Of a stretch of DNA of 27,639 bases, positions 1 through 9,082 are shown piece by piece. The stretch's first letter is position 1. The number at the start of each line of letters is the position of its first letter. The stretch is taken from positions 1 to 27,639 of the IMG/VR virus record IMGVR_UViG_3300036856_000054. One strand, written 5' to 3'. The notes below the pieces were generated by a model that searched no databases, was not told the origin of the DNA, and was given only the letters and a program-made list of their open reading frames with translations. The position numbers were made by a program, and so were the translations under genes. Source of the DNA: a virus (Duplodnaviria; Caudoviricetes).

Positions 1-1311
1 GGTCAGCAGTGTTGCCCAGGTGACCAAGTTTCCGGTAATAGAAACATCGGGTGCAACGACCTCGGTCAGCGGCACTTTGATCAGCGCGCGGACACTGCGG
101 TGCGAGGGCCGATCCCAAGTGTAATTACCGACCGCGCCATACATACTGGCAAACGCCACGTTGGGCGGAGTGTGAATCAACAGCACGTTTCCCACGGTGA
201 GCACGAGCTCGATCGCCTCGCGCTCGGCGACAGTATCCGCCCACAGGTGCAGGGTCACGGTAGCCGGCGAGGACACATCCTGGTAGGCAACCGAATCTTT
301 CTGGGCGTGAATGGCATAGGTACCCACCCGGGTAGTGCGCTGGTTGTCGCTCCAGTCCACCATGGTCACGCTGCGATTGAGGTAGGGCGCTTCCGGTACC
401 TTGAGCCACACCGCCACCATGTAGGGCACGATTGCGGCCGTAGTGCGCGTGACGTAGCTGGCCGGGGCGAGCGCCACCATCGCGCCGTAGGAGATGGCGC
501 TGCTTCCGCCGGTGACGACGAATGCCCCTGAGGCCACCGGCGTAGCGGTGGGAGTCAGCAGGTAATCCCAGACCAGACCTGCGCCCGAGCCGAGGCTCGA
601 TGGCGTATCGCCGATCTCGGTCGCACCAGCCAGAGTCGCCACCGAGGTCCAGGAGGATTGCCGCCAGCCGAGGTAGAGCACCGCAGCCCAGCTGGGTTGA
701 TAGGCGAACAACCCCGGGTAAGTGATGTTGGCGGCGCTGGGATTTTTTTGGTAGGCCGTGGCCGCCGGAATCAAATCCAGGTTTCGGAAACAAGCCATCT
801 GCGCGATGACGTCGGCACCGGTCACACCACCGGATACAGTAACCGTGGGGGAGGATTCGGATGCCGCGCTACGCTTGCCCAGCAAAGCCCAGTTATCCGC
901 CGCGAACACGGACGTCCAGCCGGCCGGGACATTGATAGACCCTGCGCCAGAGTTACGGATCGCCACCCAAATCAACAGCAAATCACCTTCGGCGAATCCG
1001 GCGGGAATGGTGGGAGTCACCGAGTTGTTGTTGGCGGTGACTGCCGCGCTGGAGCTCACAAAACTGGGCGCACCGGAGTCCACGGCAGTAGCCCGGTAGT
1101 AATTGGTGACGCCAGGCGAGAACTCGTAATCAGTCACGCTGGCACTATTAGAGACTACGCCAACCGCGATGCCACCACGAACCGATGACCAATGGATCTG
1201 ATCAGTGCTGCGCTCGAAGATCACCGTATCCACGGTGGTCGCGAGCGAGCTCACTGTGACAGTAACCGAGCTATAGGTATCCGTGTACACGCAGGTGAGG
1301 ACGAGAGACAT
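1..1311 (-). CDS. Distal tail (Dit-like) / minor tail protein, truncated by the left window edge
   Basis: Not in the ORF track because it is open at the edge. ATG at 1311 overlaps the TMP stop (TGATG). Reads MSLVLTCVYTDTYSSVTVTVSS...FERSTDQIHWSSVRGG...DYEFSPGVTNYYRATA..., and the same frame reads VVAPDVSITGNLVTWATLLT at the edge. Lies directly after the TMP. Confidence 0.75.
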   Translation of the reverse strand, partial: MSLVLTCVYTDTYSSVTVTVSSLATTVDTVIFERSTDQIHWSSVRGGIAVGVVSNSASVTDYEFSPGVTNYYRATAVDSGAPSFVSSSAAVTANNNSVTPTIPAGFAEGDLLLIWVAIRNSGAGSINVPAGWTSVFAADNWALLGKRSAASESSPTVTVSGGVTGADVIAQMACFRNLDLIPAATAYQKNPSAANITYPGLFAYQPSWAAVLYLGWRQSSWTSVATLAGATEIGDTPSSLGSGAGLVWDYLLTPTATPVASGAFVVTGGSSAISYGAMVALAPASYVTRTTAAIVPYMVAVWLKVPEAPYLNRSVTMVDWSDNQRTTRVGTYAIHAQKDSVAYQDVSSPATVTLHLWADTVAEREAIELVLTVGNVLLIHTPPNVAFASMYGAVGNYTWDRPSHRSVRALIKVPLTEVVAPDVSITGNLVTWATLLT

Positions 1312-2507
1312 CAGACGATCAACCCACGCCCCATGCGCGCCACCGTGGCGGTAGCCTGGTCGCTGCGCTTAATCTCATGCTGGACCATATCGCGCAACTC
1401 CGTCTCACCAATTCGCACATTGACGAATGTATGACCCGTGTTCACCTGGGGTGAAACGGACCCGCCACCGCCGCCGCCCATGCGAAGGATCTCCGGCCCG
1501 CGCTCGCCCACGAGGTAAGAGTACCCGCCGAACACCGGTCCCCCAGCTGCCCGGCCACCACCGAACAGGTTAGAGACGAATCCGGTAATACCATTCCAGA
1601 TGCCGCCGAGGAAACCGCCGAGGCTGAAGCCACCGGATGATGAACTACCGCCTGATGATCCTGTTCCTCCGCTGGTGCCGCCTGTTGCCCCACCACCGCT
1701 ACCGGCAATGGCCGAGGCACCGCCCAAGATGCCGCTGATACCCGAGATGATCGGTGCTATGAAATTGAGTATCCCGCCTAGCATGTTCGCGAAAACAGTC
1801 AGCAACGGCGAGATAGAGATCAAGATATTAGCGAACGCGGTAAACAGGCTGATCAGGGTGGGCATTAGATTCTCGGCCAAGTTGAGCAGTGGTGTGCCCA
1901 GCCCGGAAAACGCAGTCATCCAGCTTTGGATGGCCGAGACCACTTGGGGCTCAGCGAGGAATGCCATAAACTTGTCGAGCAGGGTGCCCATTGTGCTGGC
2001 GATAGACCCTAATCCATGCTCAAGGATCGGGAAGTAAATCGCCGCCAAGTTGTTTAGGCCGCTGGTGAAGCCAGACCAGAAGTTTTGCTCAACAATGCCG
2101 TACAGATTCTTCAGCTCTGGTTCTAGTAACCGGATCGCGGCTACCGCGTCTTTCATCGCTGGCGCCATATTCCTCGTGGCACCGACGTATGTCGCGGGAT
2201 CTGTAGCGGTCAAGGCTTGGGTAAAACCGGTGAACGCCATCGTTGTGACATTGAGTGGATTCACCAGAGCCAACAGAAACGCCGGCATTAAAAACAGCAC
2301 TTTTGCGAATGCCGTTATACCGCCGACTACAGTTTTCAATAATGGCTTGAAGTTCAGCCCCAGCGCAGAGACGAACGCCTTACCGATATTGGTGACTGTG
2401 CCGCCGAGGCGGTCAATCAATCCGAGTGCCTGTTGAGTCGATGAAGTCAGCCCAGAAACCGAACCAGCAAAATTGATCATGATGGTTCGAGTGGTGCTGT
2501 AGGGCAT
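1311..2507 (-). CDS. Tape measure protein (short, 398 aa)
   Basis: Amphipathic helical Ala/Leu/Gly-rich body; C-terminal GRAAGGPV...YLVGERGPE motif typical of TMP C-termini; position after the tail chaperone. Confidence 0.85.
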   Translation of the reverse strand: MPYSTTRTIMINFAGSVSGLTSSTQQALGLIDRLGGTVTNIGKAFVSALGLNFKPLLKTVVGGITAFAKVLFLMPAFLLALVNPLNVTTMAFTGFTQALTATDPATYVGATRNMAPAMKDAVAAIRLLEPELKNLYGIVEQNFWSGFTSGLNNLAAIYFPILEHGLGSIASTMGTLLDKFMAFLAEPQVVSAIQSWMTAFSGLGTPLLNLAENLMPTLISLFTAFANILISISPLLTVFANMLGGILNFIAPIISGISGILGGASAIAGSGGGATGGTSGGTGSSGGSSSSGGFSLGGFLGGIWNGITGFVSNLFGGGRAAGGPVFGGYSYLVGERGPEILRMGGGGGGSVSPQVNTGHTFVNVRIGETELRDMVQHEIKRSDQATATVARMGRGLIV

Positions 2508-2526
2508 CTACTGACCCCCGAACCAG

Positions 2527-2682
2527 TTACGCGCCACCAACATACTCATAGTGCACGACAATTCTCTGCTCAGCCGAGCTATCCCCAGGTTCCTCCAATT
2601 CCCCCGGCTGCGAAAAATACAGATGCTGGGAACGAAAATCCCCCGGCTGGGATCCAATCTGGGTGATCCAAGGTTCTGTCAT
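2527..2682 (-). CDS. Small hypothetical protein (51 aa, MTEPWITQIGSQPGDF...YEYVGGA)
   Basis: Read manually; ATG overlaps the upstream TAA (TAATG) and the ORF fills the gap before the TMP; contains SQPG twice and EPG. Confidence 0.55.
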   Translation of the reverse strand: MTEPWITQIGSQPGDFRSQHLYFSQPGELEEPGDSSAEQRIVVHYEYVGGA

Positions 2683-3644
2683 TACATCAAAAGATCCGCT
2701 GTATTAGCAGCAATGGAATCCACGTCACGACCGATGCCGCCGGCCAGGTCATCACCCGGCGGGCTGTTGACTCCCTCGGCCGCGAACTGGCTGCCCGGCT
2801 CGATCTGGCCCTGCGCGCTACCGGCGGGTTGCTCAGCTTGTTCAGCACCGCTTCCCGGTGCTTGTGCTGGTGGCGGGTTGGCCGCAGCCCAGGACGCCAC
2901 TGCGGGGAAAAACCAGGGTCCGACGTGGAACTGCTTGGGGGCGTTGTGTTCTGAAGGCCCCGCGAGCGCGCCGGCTGGGGTTCCGCGCGAGCCCACCGGC
3001 TGGCTACCACCGGCGGTGACGGTGTTGGCCGCCGGGTCGATGGTCACCGTGCTGGCGACCAGAGCTGCCTGCCCGCCTGCTGCGCCGCCAGCTGCGGCCA
3101 CCGCAGCCAAGAGGCTGTAGTCCGCGTGCACGAGCTGAGCAGCAAGGTAGCCGCCGCCGCTGATGTCGGTCCAGGCATTGACCTGCTGTGGCGCGTCCTG
3201 CCCCTCCAGTGGCTGGCGCGGCTGCCAGGGATTGACCGTGGGGCCAAGGGGGTTGGCTGGCGGTCCGGCCGGGCCGGATGCGGGGGCAGCAGCGGCTTGG
3301 CTGATTCGGTCTGGGGTAGAGCTCACGGCTTGCTGGAGAGCTGGCAGGGCGCCCGCAGCCGTCTGATGCAAACTCATCTCGGCGGCTTGGCTATCGGCTT
3401 GGGTGCTCACGTGGTCGTCGGTGAGGTTCGGCCCGGGCGCCAGGCTGGTCAGTTTGGAGTCTGGCAAGCTGGCCTGCGCTGCCCCCGGCAGATTCGTGCC
3501 CATCGAGTAATCAGGCAGCGTCGCCAGATCGGAAGCCCCCTGCGCATCCGTGTCAGAAAACGAGGTATCGGCCGGCGTGCCGTCACTGGCCCAAGCGCTA
3601 CTCGTTTCCGAATCCGAGTAATCCCCATCGAGCGGTGAGCTCAT
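2682..3644 (-). CDS. Low-complexity acidic protein with a possible HK97 gp10-like (neck/tail completion) core
   Basis: ATG coupled (ATGA) to the stop of the frameshifted TAC. Central segment QAALVASTV...TVTAGGSQPVG...KQFHVGPWFFPAV resembles the actinophage gene found between TAC and TMP; flanks look disordered. Confidence 0.55.
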   Translation of the reverse strand: MSSPLDGDYSDSETSSAWASDGTPADTSFSDTDAQGASDLATLPDYSMGTNLPGAAQASLPDSKLTSLAPGPNLTDDHVSTQADSQAAEMSLHQTAAGALPALQQAVSSTPDRISQAAAAPASGPAGPPANPLGPTVNPWQPRQPLEGQDAPQQVNAWTDISGGGYLAAQLVHADYSLLAAVAAAGGAAGGQAALVASTVTIDPAANTVTAGGSQPVGSRGTPAGALAGPSEHNAPKQFHVGPWFFPAVASWAAANPPPAQAPGSGAEQAEQPAGSAQGQIEPGSQFAAEGVNSPPGDDLAGGIGRDVDSIAANTADLLM

Positions 3645-3808
3645 CCCGCCATCAACCGCCCTTCCGAGTCAGTATTTTTGGCGGTCTGGAGCATTTCAGC
3701 GGCGGTAATGATGGTGCGGTAATCCTGACGCCACCACGCCTCGGGATCGGTATTGGTCGCTAGCGCGATGGAAATCACGACCCGCGTCAGCGAGCCGTCC
3801 GGGTAGGG
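3641..3808 (-). CDS. Tail assembly chaperone -1 frameshift extension (gpGT-like C-terminus)
   Basis: The -1 frame after CTAAACCCTAC (3803-3813) reads PYPDGSLTRVVISIALATNTDPEAWWRQDYRTIITAAEMLQTAKNTDSEGRLMAG*; its stop overlaps the next ATG. Confidence 0.75.
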   Translation of the reverse strand, partial: PYPDGSLTRVVISIALATNTDPEAWWRQDYRTIITAAEMLQTAKNTDSEGRLMAG

Positions 3809-4206
3809 TTTAGCAAACGGTGCGGCAGTTCCTCCAGCAGATCCATCACGGCATTGGCAATGGTGTCGGGGGTTACTACGATTTCCATCATGGCTTTTTC
3901 GATAACCATTGCCAATTCGTCTCGGTCCAGTGCGGCTACAGTGTGATCCGGCTTGACCTGCACCCGGTGGTCATCGATCCACTCATCCAAGGTCGCCGGG
4001 AGAGTGACCAAGCGCTGGCGCTTGATAGCCATGTACACAAGGCTGAAAAAATCGTCACTGGATGGGTTCTCGGTGAGTTTACGCAGTGTGTGCCGGGGAC
4101 TGATCCGTTCCCACAGCCGAATATCCCGCAGATCAACCCGTACGTCAAAGGCGTCACCGTCATCTGGGATGACCGTAAAAACCTGTTCACCGGAATTAGC
4201 AATCAT
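3787..4206 (-). CDS. Tail assembly chaperone (gpG-like)
   Basis: Start likely ATG 4206, overlapping the upstream TGA (MIANSGEQVFTVIPDDG...DIRLWER...LLNPTRTAR); lies between tail tube and TMP; ends at a putative slippery site. Confidence 0.75.
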   Translation of the reverse strand: MIANSGEQVFTVIPDDGDAFDVRVDLRDIRLWERISPRHTLRKLTENPSSDDFFSLVYMAIKRQRLVTLPATLDEWIDDHRVQVKPDHTVAALDRDELAMVIEKAMMEIVVTPDTIANAVMDLLEELPHRLLNPTRTAR

Positions 4207-4724
4207 CAGGTTGACACTCCCAACGCCACAATGGTGTAAATGACCGATGTTCCCGAGCTGGAATTGGCGATTGACAGCAAGTCTGTAGTGCCGGAACTTA
4301 CTGGATACCCAGTTGAGTCCGTGGTGCCGGTCAGCCACAACACCGCACCACCGGGCCGGATGTTAGTACTGTGCGTCGTCGCCCCAAACAACCCGGTGAG
4401 TGTTGTACCTCCCGCGCCGACCACCACGTTATTGGTGTTACCCAGATCGGCGGCTATCATCAGCACTTTGAGTCGGGCGAAGTTGATCGTACCGCCGAAA
4501 GGGTCGTGCAGGGTGCCGGCAAAGTCGATGGTCTCAGCCGTGCTCGCCGCTAAGGTCCGTTTATCCCACCAGCCCACATCAGCCAAGCCCGCGCCGGCCG
4601 CCAGCGCGCTGCCGACAGCTGTGCTCACCGTGTTGGACAGCACCGCATTAGCGGAGCCAGCGTTGAGGCTACCGGTGAGGGTGGCGGCTACCGACATACT
4701 CACCTGAGCGGTAGTGAGGGTCAT
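4206..4724 (-). CDS. Virion structural/decoration protein (beta-rich), paralog of 19941-20462
   Basis: Thr/Gly/Ala-rich; motifs RTLAAS.E.D.AG.L.DP.G, GNTNNVVVG, RPG.A, DLL.IANS shared with 19941-20462; immediately after the tail tube gene. Confidence 0.65.
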   Translation of the reverse strand: MTLTTAQVSMSVAATLTGSLNAGSANAVLSNTVSTAVGSALAAGAGLADVGWWDKRTLAASTAETIDFAGTLHDPFGGTINFARLKVLMIAADLGNTNNVVVGAGGTTLTGLFGATTHSTNIRPGGAVLWLTGTTDSTGYPVSSGTTDLLSIANSSSGTSVIYTIVALGVST

Positions 4725-4733
4725 ATCGAATCC

Positions 4734-5240
4734 TTACCGTGGTGGTGTGTAAGTCGGGATACCAAGAATCAGCAGCGTTACCGAGGTCTCCTCGATGGTG
4801 CGAACATCGCCGCCCACACTGGGAGCTTTGACCACGCAGTTACCCGACCAGGTAACGTGTTGGCCCACGATGTCAGGGTGATGATCAAGCTGGAATCCGG
4901 CGACTGCCCTGGTATTCTGCATGAGATAATCGCTGATACCGCCGGCTCGCCAGTCACTGTAGAATTTCATCGTCAGTGACCAGTCGTCGTCAGTCTCGGT
5001 GCGAAACTCACTGGCCGCGCCAGCTCCGAAACCACCCGAACCGCCCTGGGAAACACCACCCCCATAGGTAAACGTCTTCACACCGTCAACCGTATTGTTA
5101 TTCAGCATCCAGGAATTCAGCTGATATTCTCGGCTGACCCCCGCCAAGATAAAGGTGACAACCTTGAGCCTATTGCGGAGTACCGCGTAACCCGTAGGTG
5201 GAGGTATGGTCGAAAAATTCTGAATCGGTGGTGCGGTCAT
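4734..5240 (-). CDS. Major tail (tube) protein
   Basis: Position; beta-strand pattern WSLTMKFYSDW...GISDYL...WSGNCVVKAPSVGGD...TSVTL; strong SD GGAGGTG. Confidence 0.75.
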   Translation of the reverse strand: MTAPPIQNFSTIPPPTGYAVLRNRLKVVTFILAGVSREYQLNSWMLNNNTVDGVKTFTYGGGVSQGGSGGFGAGAASEFRTETDDDWSLTMKFYSDWRAGGISDYLMQNTRAVAGFQLDHHPDIVGQHVTWSGNCVVKAPSVGGDVRTIEETSVTLLILGIPTYTPPR

Positions 5241-5252
5241 CTATTCACCTCC

Positions 5253-5633
5253 TTATTGGAGTTCCATCTGCACGGTGACCACATAGCACGGCAACCCACC
5301 TACTGGGCTGGGGTAGATGCCCGGCGCGGCCGACAAGATGACACCCGGTGTGCCCACCTCAATTGAGTTGCCCAGTAATGACACCATAGACAGCAGCGAG
5401 TCCTGCGCGTACTGATTAAAGGCCACGATGAGATAGACATTCCATTGTCCGGTAGTGGGTGCGCCGCCCGCGTTGTAGGTTCGCCAGAACAATCGCGGAG
5501 GGCCGATGACTATGGCCGGTGGGGAGATCGGCGAAACCACGTTGGTCAGTACCACCAGATCTGGGAAGGCTAGTTTTGCCGCATCCGCGATACACTGAGC
5601 ACCAATTGCCACGGGAGTGAGTGGTATTGTCAT
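5253..5633 (-). CDS. Tail terminator-like protein
   Basis: 126 aa between connector and tail tube; PPAIVIGPP and LPCYVVTV motifs typical of this position. Confidence 0.65.
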   Translation of the reverse strand: MTIPLTPVAIGAQCIADAAKLAFPDLVVLTNVVSPISPPAIVIGPPRLFWRTYNAGGAPTTGQWNVYLIVAFNQYAQDSLLSMVSLLGNSIEVGTPGVILSAAPGIYPSPVGGLPCYVVTVQMELQ

Positions 5634-5962
5634 GAGAACCCACCCGTGATGCCCAGTTGAATCTGGATATCTGGGTCTACGGACATCACTTGAGCGGTGC
5701 CGAATCCACCCATATTGACTGTGCCGTCCGGGCTCACGCGGCGGACGAACCAGCGCATGGCCAACCTCAGCGTGCCGAGCTGCACCTCCAGCGGCACCGT
5801 CCAGGATCCGTGGTAGTCGAGATCCCTGCGGCGGTGCTCTACCCAGCTCTGTGCCGCATCGAGCACCCGTTGCAGCGCCTCATCATCCCGGCCGGTCAGC
5901 GCCTGGTGCTGATCCAGCGTCTGATCATTCTTGAGTTCCTCCAGCGTGACCCAACCCGGCAT
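5630..5962 (-). CDS. Head-tail connector (HK97 gp6 / SPP1 gp15-like adaptor)
   Basis: WVTLEELK...DDEALQRVLDAA...LGTLRLAMRWFVRRVSPDG...DPDI motif pattern. Confidence 0.8.
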   Translation of the reverse strand: MPGWVTLEELKNDQTLDQHQALTGRDDEALQRVLDAAQSWVEHRRRDLDYHGSWTVPLEVQLGTLRLAMRWFVRRVSPDGTVNMGGFGTAQVMSVDPDIQIQLGITGGFS

Positions 5963-5965
5963 GGC

Positions 5966-6496
5966 TTACTTCTTGCTAGTTGAGCTCGGCGGGCTGGGCG
6001 GTGGCGCGGGCGGAGCTGGTGGTGTGCTCTTGGCGCCCGAGCTGGCCGGGGTCGCGCTCGAACTCGCTGCCTTGCCGCCGGAGGGCGCGGGTCCGGGCGT
6101 CTGAGGGCCTCCTAGCGGGGCTCGCACCTCAGGGGTACTGGCGGTCTTCACTTGGGCCGGTGGTGTCGTTGAGCGGCCCTCTGGCGGCTGGCGGCTGGCG
6201 TCTACGGGTTTGTCCGCCGCTGCGCTCTGCGCGGCTTCCCGGGCTTCCAGAGCCTCTACGTCGACCCCCAGGGCGATCAGCGTCTTGCGGGCAGCCGTCG
6301 CGCGGTCGGTCTGGCCGTGCGCCTGCGCGATGCGCAGCTCAGCGAGATTCTGCCGAACTTGGCCCGATCTCTGGTACACCACCTGTAGCTCAGGATCAAT
6401 CGCACCCTGAGCCACTGATGCGCCGCCGGCATCTAACTGCCCCAGTCCGCGCTGCGGTTCCCGCGCGGGAGGTGTCTCGTCACCGTTGTCAGCCAT
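5966..6496 (-). CDS. Hypothetical head-module protein with Pro/Ser/Ala-rich disordered C-terminus
   Basis: SD GAGGGAG; short helical core followed by a PAPPAPPPSPPSS tail. Confidence 0.65.
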   Translation of the reverse strand: MADNGDETPPAREPQRGLGQLDAGGASVAQGAIDPELQVVYQRSGQVRQNLAELRIAQAHGQTDRATAARKTLIALGVDVEALEAREAAQSAAADKPVDASRQPPEGRSTTPPAQVKTASTPEVRAPLGGPQTPGPAPSGGKAASSSATPASSGAKSTPPAPPAPPPSPPSSTSKK

Positions 6497-6525
6497 TTAG
6501 AACACTCCCTCACTCCGCAACTCGA

Positions 6526-6897
6526 TCAAATCACAAACGCATAGACAGCCAGTGTGGCCGTGGGCGTACCAGTCCCGGCGATCGTCACCAACACTTGCCC
6601 GTACTCATGATTGGCGATGTAGCCGTATCCGAACGCCTGGACTGGTGGTGTCGGTGACGAAATCTGGGTGATCGCCGAAGCGGTCGTGGTGAGAGACGAA
6701 TAGCTAGTATTGTCGTCCGAAGTCTGCAACACCGCGTCAATCGTCTGGGTGGACCCCGACACCGCCGTCACGATTATGTAGAACTGTAACCAGTTAGCCT
6801 CACCCGGCTGGCTGATCGGACCACTCGCATAGGTACCCGCAACCCGCCCAGTGACCAGGGGAATAACGAGATCAGAAAAGACCGGTTTGAGACTCAT
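6526..6897 (-). CDS. Putative capsid decoration/cement protein (beta-rich)
   Basis: Downstream of MCP; VTAVSGS...DAVLQTSDDNTSYS pattern typical of small beta-sandwich head proteins. Confidence 0.55.
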   Translation of the reverse strand: MSLKPVFSDLVIPLVTGRVAGTYASGPISQPGEANWLQFYIIVTAVSGSTQTIDAVLQTSDDNTSYSSLTTTASAITQISSPTPPVQAFGYGYIANHEYGQVLVTIAGTGTPTATLAVYAFVI

Positions 6898-7088
6898 GTC
6901 ACATCCGCCTCTTTAATTTCCATGGTGCCATTAGGCTTCCAGTTCCTGGGCAGCTTATGCGCCAAACCCAGATACTCAGCCCGCATGTAGATGGCCAAGC
7001 GCTCTTGCTGGGTCCGAGCTATCGAGACTGCGTGCATCAGATCGGGCACAGTGCGGATCACAGGCACGGCAGGCGACTCATCATCCAT
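6894..7088 (-). CDS. Small head-associated protein (resembles a helical domain often fused to prohead proteases)
   Basis: PVIRTVPDLMHAV...IYMRAEYLGLAHKLPRNW; SD AAGGAG; ATGA coupling to the next gene. Confidence 0.55.
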   Translation of the reverse strand: MDDESPAVPVIRTVPDLMHAVSIARTQQERLAIYMRAEYLGLAHKLPRNWKPNGTMEIKEADVT

Positions 7089-7127
7089 TAGGATGCGCTC
7101 CTTTCACACATCGCTAAATACACACAT

Positions 7128-7484
7128 CTACGTCCCCACGATTGCAACCCAGGTGCGGACAGCCAATCGTTGAGCATTCGTCAAAGACAACGCTATGCGC
7201 CATTTAGTTGAATCCGTGGGATGTGGTCCACTAAAAACCTTCAACGGCACCACCGCGCTGGCGACCGTACCAGCGGCTAACGAATCAATAGGCACTAACG
7301 TCCCTGTAGACTCATCCCACACAGATATGACAATAGCTCCCGACCCAGCAACAAAGTAACCCTCCGGGATGCTCACATCAACATTATCTACATACGGTGA
7401 GCTATTCGGGGTATCAATGTCTTGCGTCAGTAAATCGTAGTTGAGCCCGCAAGAAATAAGCGCTACCGTCATACCACTCTCCAT
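7128..7484 (-). CDS. Hypothetical beta-rich protein, visibly lower GC (start 7484 or 7472)
   Basis: Directly after MCP; more AT-rich codons than neighbouring genes. Confidence 0.6.
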   Translation of the reverse strand: MESGMTVALISCGLNYDLLTQDIDTPNSSPYVDNVDVSIPEGYFVAGSGAIVISVWDESTGTLVPIDSLAAGTVASAVVPLKVFSGPHPTDSTKWRIALSLTNAQRLAVRTWVAIVGT

Positions 7485-7485
7485 T

Positions 7486-8904
7486 CTAGAATGCAGGGGT
7501 AATAAGACCAGTTCCCGTGATCTTGCTCATGGCATTGGTGTACCTGGACATGGTGTAAGCGAAGTACCCGTAGAGGACCATTAAAATACCGAGCGATGCG
7601 GCCGCTGGTTGCTCTGCCCGAATGAATACGGGCGCTTGTGGGTCTTCCCATAGATGGCACTCGTCAGTTGCCACGATGTACATGGCATCTTGGTTAGTGT
7701 TAAGGGTGGTCGAAATGTTATTGTCGACCACTGCGGCCATTCCGTTTGGCATCATTCCGCGATAGCCTCGGCCGTAGATGGTGCCATAGTTCTCGCCACC
7801 GTGGTTTTCCGAGATGCCGGGCTGACCGAACAGCGGCCACTGCGCGGCCAGTTGGCTCTGGAGCCAGTACCAACGCCGGGAGTGCATGAGTACCACATCT
7901 GGCCGCGCGAAGCCCAGCAATGCTGCCTCGGAATTGGCCGCGCCTTGCAGGATCTTGGGCCAGATCTCAAGACCCGAAGGTGAGGCATCCGCGTACGCAA
8001 CGCTCGCGGCTATCGCGTCAAGGCCGGTTACCGTTTGGTTGACCAGCGTGGTGTCCACGGCAGTCGCATAGCGCCGGAAAAGGTCATCCATCACCACTTC
8101 CTCGATACCGGTACCCCGCTCGGCAGCCTGCCGTGAAATGGTCTGCTGGCCAGCGGCCGTCTGGATGTTGATGGTGAGGATTGTGTCATCCGCATCGGTA
8201 TTTGTGACCCCCAAGTTTTCTGTCGCCTGAATATCGACACCCGTGGGAGTAGTAATCCGCGAGATGTTGACTGTCATCCCTGTTTCGGGGAGGTCATGCT
8301 TGTTACACACGTCGGCGAACGGCCGCATAGGCGCAATGGCCGGCGCATAGAGATCCGTCAAGTACTGCGGAACGACCAGACCGGTAAACGCGCCAGTGCC
8401 GACCGCGCGTTGCAAGTACGGGGCTCGATCAACCGACTCCTCGTGCATATGGCGCTGCAAACGGCTGGCCGCCTGGTGGTCATTGAACAGATGTTGCCTA
8501 AGGACGTCCTGAAGAAAGAACGCGCCTTTGCGATCCCAGCCCTTGTGATAAGTGCGCTCCTCCCGATTCACCCGGGCCACGGCATCGTATTTCGGTACCA
8601 CAGCACCGGTGCGCTCAACGTCACCGGTCTTGACTTCGGACGCCATCTCCTCGGCGCGGAGCTTTTTGACGTTGGCCAGCCGCTGCTTGATACCATCGAT
8701 ATCCGACATGGCATTATCGCGCGACAAGAACAGTTCGTCAACGCGGGTCTGCTCCTCGGCCGTGAGATTCGGGCGACCCTCAGCACGCGCGGTATTGAGG
8801 ATGCCCTGAATCTCCAGCTTCATTTTCGTGCGGCGCTTGTGAGCGGTTTCTAATTCCAGCTCAGTGCCGGCCTCTAATTCATCAATAGTAACGGTGCGCG
8901 TCAC
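7486..8904 (-). CDS. Major capsid protein, HK97 fold with N-terminal delta (scaffold) domain
   Basis: N-terminal coiled coil; QRAVGTGAFTGLVVPQYL, RPFADVC, TAAGQQTISRQAAERG, LMHSRRW, VLYGYFA; SD GAGAGGA. Confidence 0.93.
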   Translation of the reverse strand: MTRTVTIDELEAGTELELETAHKRRTKMKLEIQGILNTARAEGRPNLTAEEQTRVDELFLSRDNAMSDIDGIKQRLANVKKLRAEEMASEVKTGDVERTGAVVPKYDAVARVNREERTYHKGWDRKGAFFLQDVLRQHLFNDHQAASRLQRHMHEESVDRAPYLQRAVGTGAFTGLVVPQYLTDLYAPAIAPMRPFADVCNKHDLPETGMTVNISRITTPTGVDIQATENLGVTNTDADDTILTINIQTAAGQQTISRQAAERGTGIEEVVMDDLFRRYATAVDTTLVNQTVTGLDAIAASVAYADASPSGLEIWPKILQGAANSEAALLGFARPDVVLMHSRRWYWLQSQLAAQWPLFGQPGISENHGGENYGTIYGRGYRGMMPNGMAAVVDNNISTTLNTNQDAMYIVATDECHLWEDPQAPVFIRAEQPAAASLGILMVLYGYFAYTMSRYTNAMSKITGTGLITPAF

Positions 8905-9066
8905 GGCGGCCGTCCTCTCTAAATGTCAGACCGCCTGTACGGGCGGGGATTCTCGGGAAGGGCCACACGCTGTGGCCGATAGGGAGGGACGTTTGTTGCC
9001 AGAGTCGGCGTCAGCTCCATCATTTAAGATAGGCGCGCAAGAGTACCTCGACTCCGAAAGAGGATC

Positions 9067-9075
9067 TGGTATGCT
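9067..9075 (+). promoter_or_regulatory. Extended -10 (TGgTATGCT) 7 nt upstream of ATG 9083; putative leaderless promoter
   Basis: Matches TGnTAnnnT; same geometry as 12906, 17368 and 21977. Confidence 0.5.
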
Positions 9076-9082
9076 GCAAGCC

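Noticed and set aside
100-1188. Several ORFs in the track (100-531+, 125-793-, 658-1188+, 758-1099+)
   Set aside because: Shadows of the real minus-strand tail gene starting at 1311, which is open to the window edge
1600-8853. Long plus-strand ORFs opposite tail and capsid genes
   Set aside because: Antisense shadows typical of high-GC DNA; no motifs or SDs
8864-9082. N-terminal extension of the 186-aa plus ORF
   Set aside because: Overlaps the MCP start and its leader; ATG 9083 with a properly spaced -10 is more plausible
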